DNA of 64,000 nucleotides from Leptolyngbyaceae cyanobacterium (GTDB taxonomy: Bacteria > Cyanobacteriota > Cyanobacteriia > Phormidesmidales > Phormidesmidaceae): positions 2,464,001-2,528,000 of the forward strand of contig CBDHHL010000032.1 in NCBI GenBank assembly GCA_965263355.1. Direction: 5' to 3'. A model generated the notes under the pieces. That model was given only the letters and a program-made list of their open reading frames with translations. It did not search any database and had not been told where the DNA came from. This document shows positions 62,877-64,000 of the stretch, piece by piece (position 1 is the stretch's first letter; the number at the start of each line of letters is the position of its first letter). Position numbers and translations under genes: made by a program.

Positions 62877-63689
62877 ATGAACCCCATCAAGCGAGCCTTT
62901 TTAGATACCGCCGATGGCCAAATTCACTATCGCATTGGAGGCAAAGGTGAGCCTCTCCTTCTACTACACATGAATCCCCGCAGCAGCGACGAATATCGGG
63001 AACTTATGCCAATTTTGGGGCAACACTATCAGGTAATAGCCATGGACGCCATGGGCTTTGGCGATTCCGATAAACCCCCAAGGATGTACACAATTTACGA
63101 CTATGCTAGAACCGTGATGGCGTTACTGGATGAACTAGGCATCCAAACAGTCAATATTCTCGGCAATCATACTGGTGCGTTTATTGCCGGAGAAGTCACA
63201 GCAACCCATCCTGAGCGAGTTAAAAAGCTTGTCCTGGGAAATGTTCCTGGCTTCGGTGAACAGGGTAAAACCAAACTCATGGAACTCTTTGAGAAAGGCT
63301 TTAAGATTAAAGACGATGGCTCCCATCTAATGCAAAGATGGCAGGCCCGTTCCCGTTATGTGGGTACATCTGAGCTAAACCATCGCTGGGTGTTAGACGA
63401 CCTCAAATGTTTTGGTCATCCCTTATACGCCGTCTGGGCTGTAGCCCAATACTGCATGGAAGCTGAGGCAAGATTAAAGCAAATCACATGTCCTACACTG
63501 ATCTTCTGGGGCTTAGACGATGTTCAAGAATTCGAAAAACTTGGCCTCTCCAAACCAGAAGACAGATTCTTTGTCACCCAGGCCATCCCCCATGGCCAGG
63601 TAGTCGATATTCCTGAAGGAACCATCTGTATGATGAATCAGATGCCAGAGGAGATCGCTGAGATAGTGCTTAGCTTCTTAAATAGTTGA
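62877..63689 (+). CDS. Alpha/beta hydrolase fold protein lacking the canonical nucleophile
   Basis: PLLLLH, IAMDAMGFGDSD, elbow GNHTGA, ITCPTLIFWG. Confidence 0.85.
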   Translation: MNPIKRAFLDTADGQIHYRIGGKGEPLLLLHMNPRSSDEYRELMPILGQHYQVIAMDAMGFGDSDKPPRMYTIYDYARTVMALLDELGIQTVNILGNHTGAFIAGEVTATHPERVKKLVLGNVPGFGEQGKTKLMELFEKGFKIKDDGSHLMQRWQARSRYVGTSELNHRWVLDDLKCFGHPLYAVWAVAQYCMEAEARLKQITCPTLIFWGLDDVQEFEKLGLSKPEDRFFVTQAIPHGQVVDIPEGTICMMNQMPEEIAEIVLSFLNS

Positions 63690-63712
63690 ACTTAGTGCAA
63701 TGCTTTTAAGGC

Positions 63713-64000
63713 TTAGTCTCCCAACACCGCTGTACATTTAATCTCGACAATAAGCCCTGGTGTAGACAGGGCAACGATGCCAACACCAGTCCATGTGGGG
63801 CAGCTCTTTGTAAAATAGCGATCCTTTACCTGGATAAATAATGGCAAGTGAGGAATCTTTAATTCTTGTGGATTTTCTATCGGAGTATCAACAACATGAT
63901 AGGTAATCATCTCCACCACATGCTCAAAGGTAGCTCCTGCCGCCGATAGAACCTTTTCCACATTCTTAAATGCCTGGTCAAATTGAGCTTCGGTGTCCTC
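63713..64000 (-). CDS. Rid (YjgF/YER057c/UK114) family protein, 3' part
   Basis: EAQFDQAFKNVEKVL.AAG.....VV, ..P....VEIKCTA; continues beyond the window end. Confidence 0.85.
   Translation of the reverse strand, partial: EDTEAQFDQAFKNVEKVLSAAGATFEHVVEMITYHVVDTPIENPQELKIPHLPLFIQVKDRYFTKSCPTWTGVGIVALSTPGLIVEIKCTAVLGD

Noticed and set aside
1..64000. tRNA, rRNA, known riboswitches, prophage or defence genes
   Set aside because: None recognised by eye in intergenic regions or ORFs; tRNAscan-SE and Infernal would be needed to exclude them formally.

Overview
Chromosomal window from a cyanobacterium. The HIP1 octamer GCGATCGC recurs throughout; a filamentous Leptolyngbya-like, possibly marine, host is my inference. 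Housekeeping content: 5' part of valS, an ABC-2 exporter pair, and ctaA-ctaB divergent from the aa3 oxidase genes coxBAC. Four accessory blocks stand out. (1) A 19-kb same-strand sensory array (4.3-23.4 kb): three orphan solute-binding lipoproteins interleaved with five paralogous hybrid histidine kinases that share a core but differ in input domain, one being a cupin-PAS fusion. It ends in a single REC-kinase and has no permease, ATPase, HPt or DNA-binding regulator. (2) A cluster (33.2-41.9 kb) of ald, DMT, SDR, TauE, class III aminotransferase, Ala/Gly symporter and USP that matches the logic of taurine-nitrogen assimilation with isethionate excretion, with a candidate NtcA site. (3) A very divergent AcnA/AcnD-like aconitase. 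(4) An unknown catabolic cluster (57.9-63.7 kb) in which both the nitrilase-fold and the alpha/beta-hydrolase-fold proteins have substituted catalytic residues. Also present: a decayed IS3 abutting an IS66 stub, and several genes reduced to N- plus C-terminal scars. I found no rRNA, tRNA or CRISPR array. All family calls come from motif recognition by eye, not database searches.
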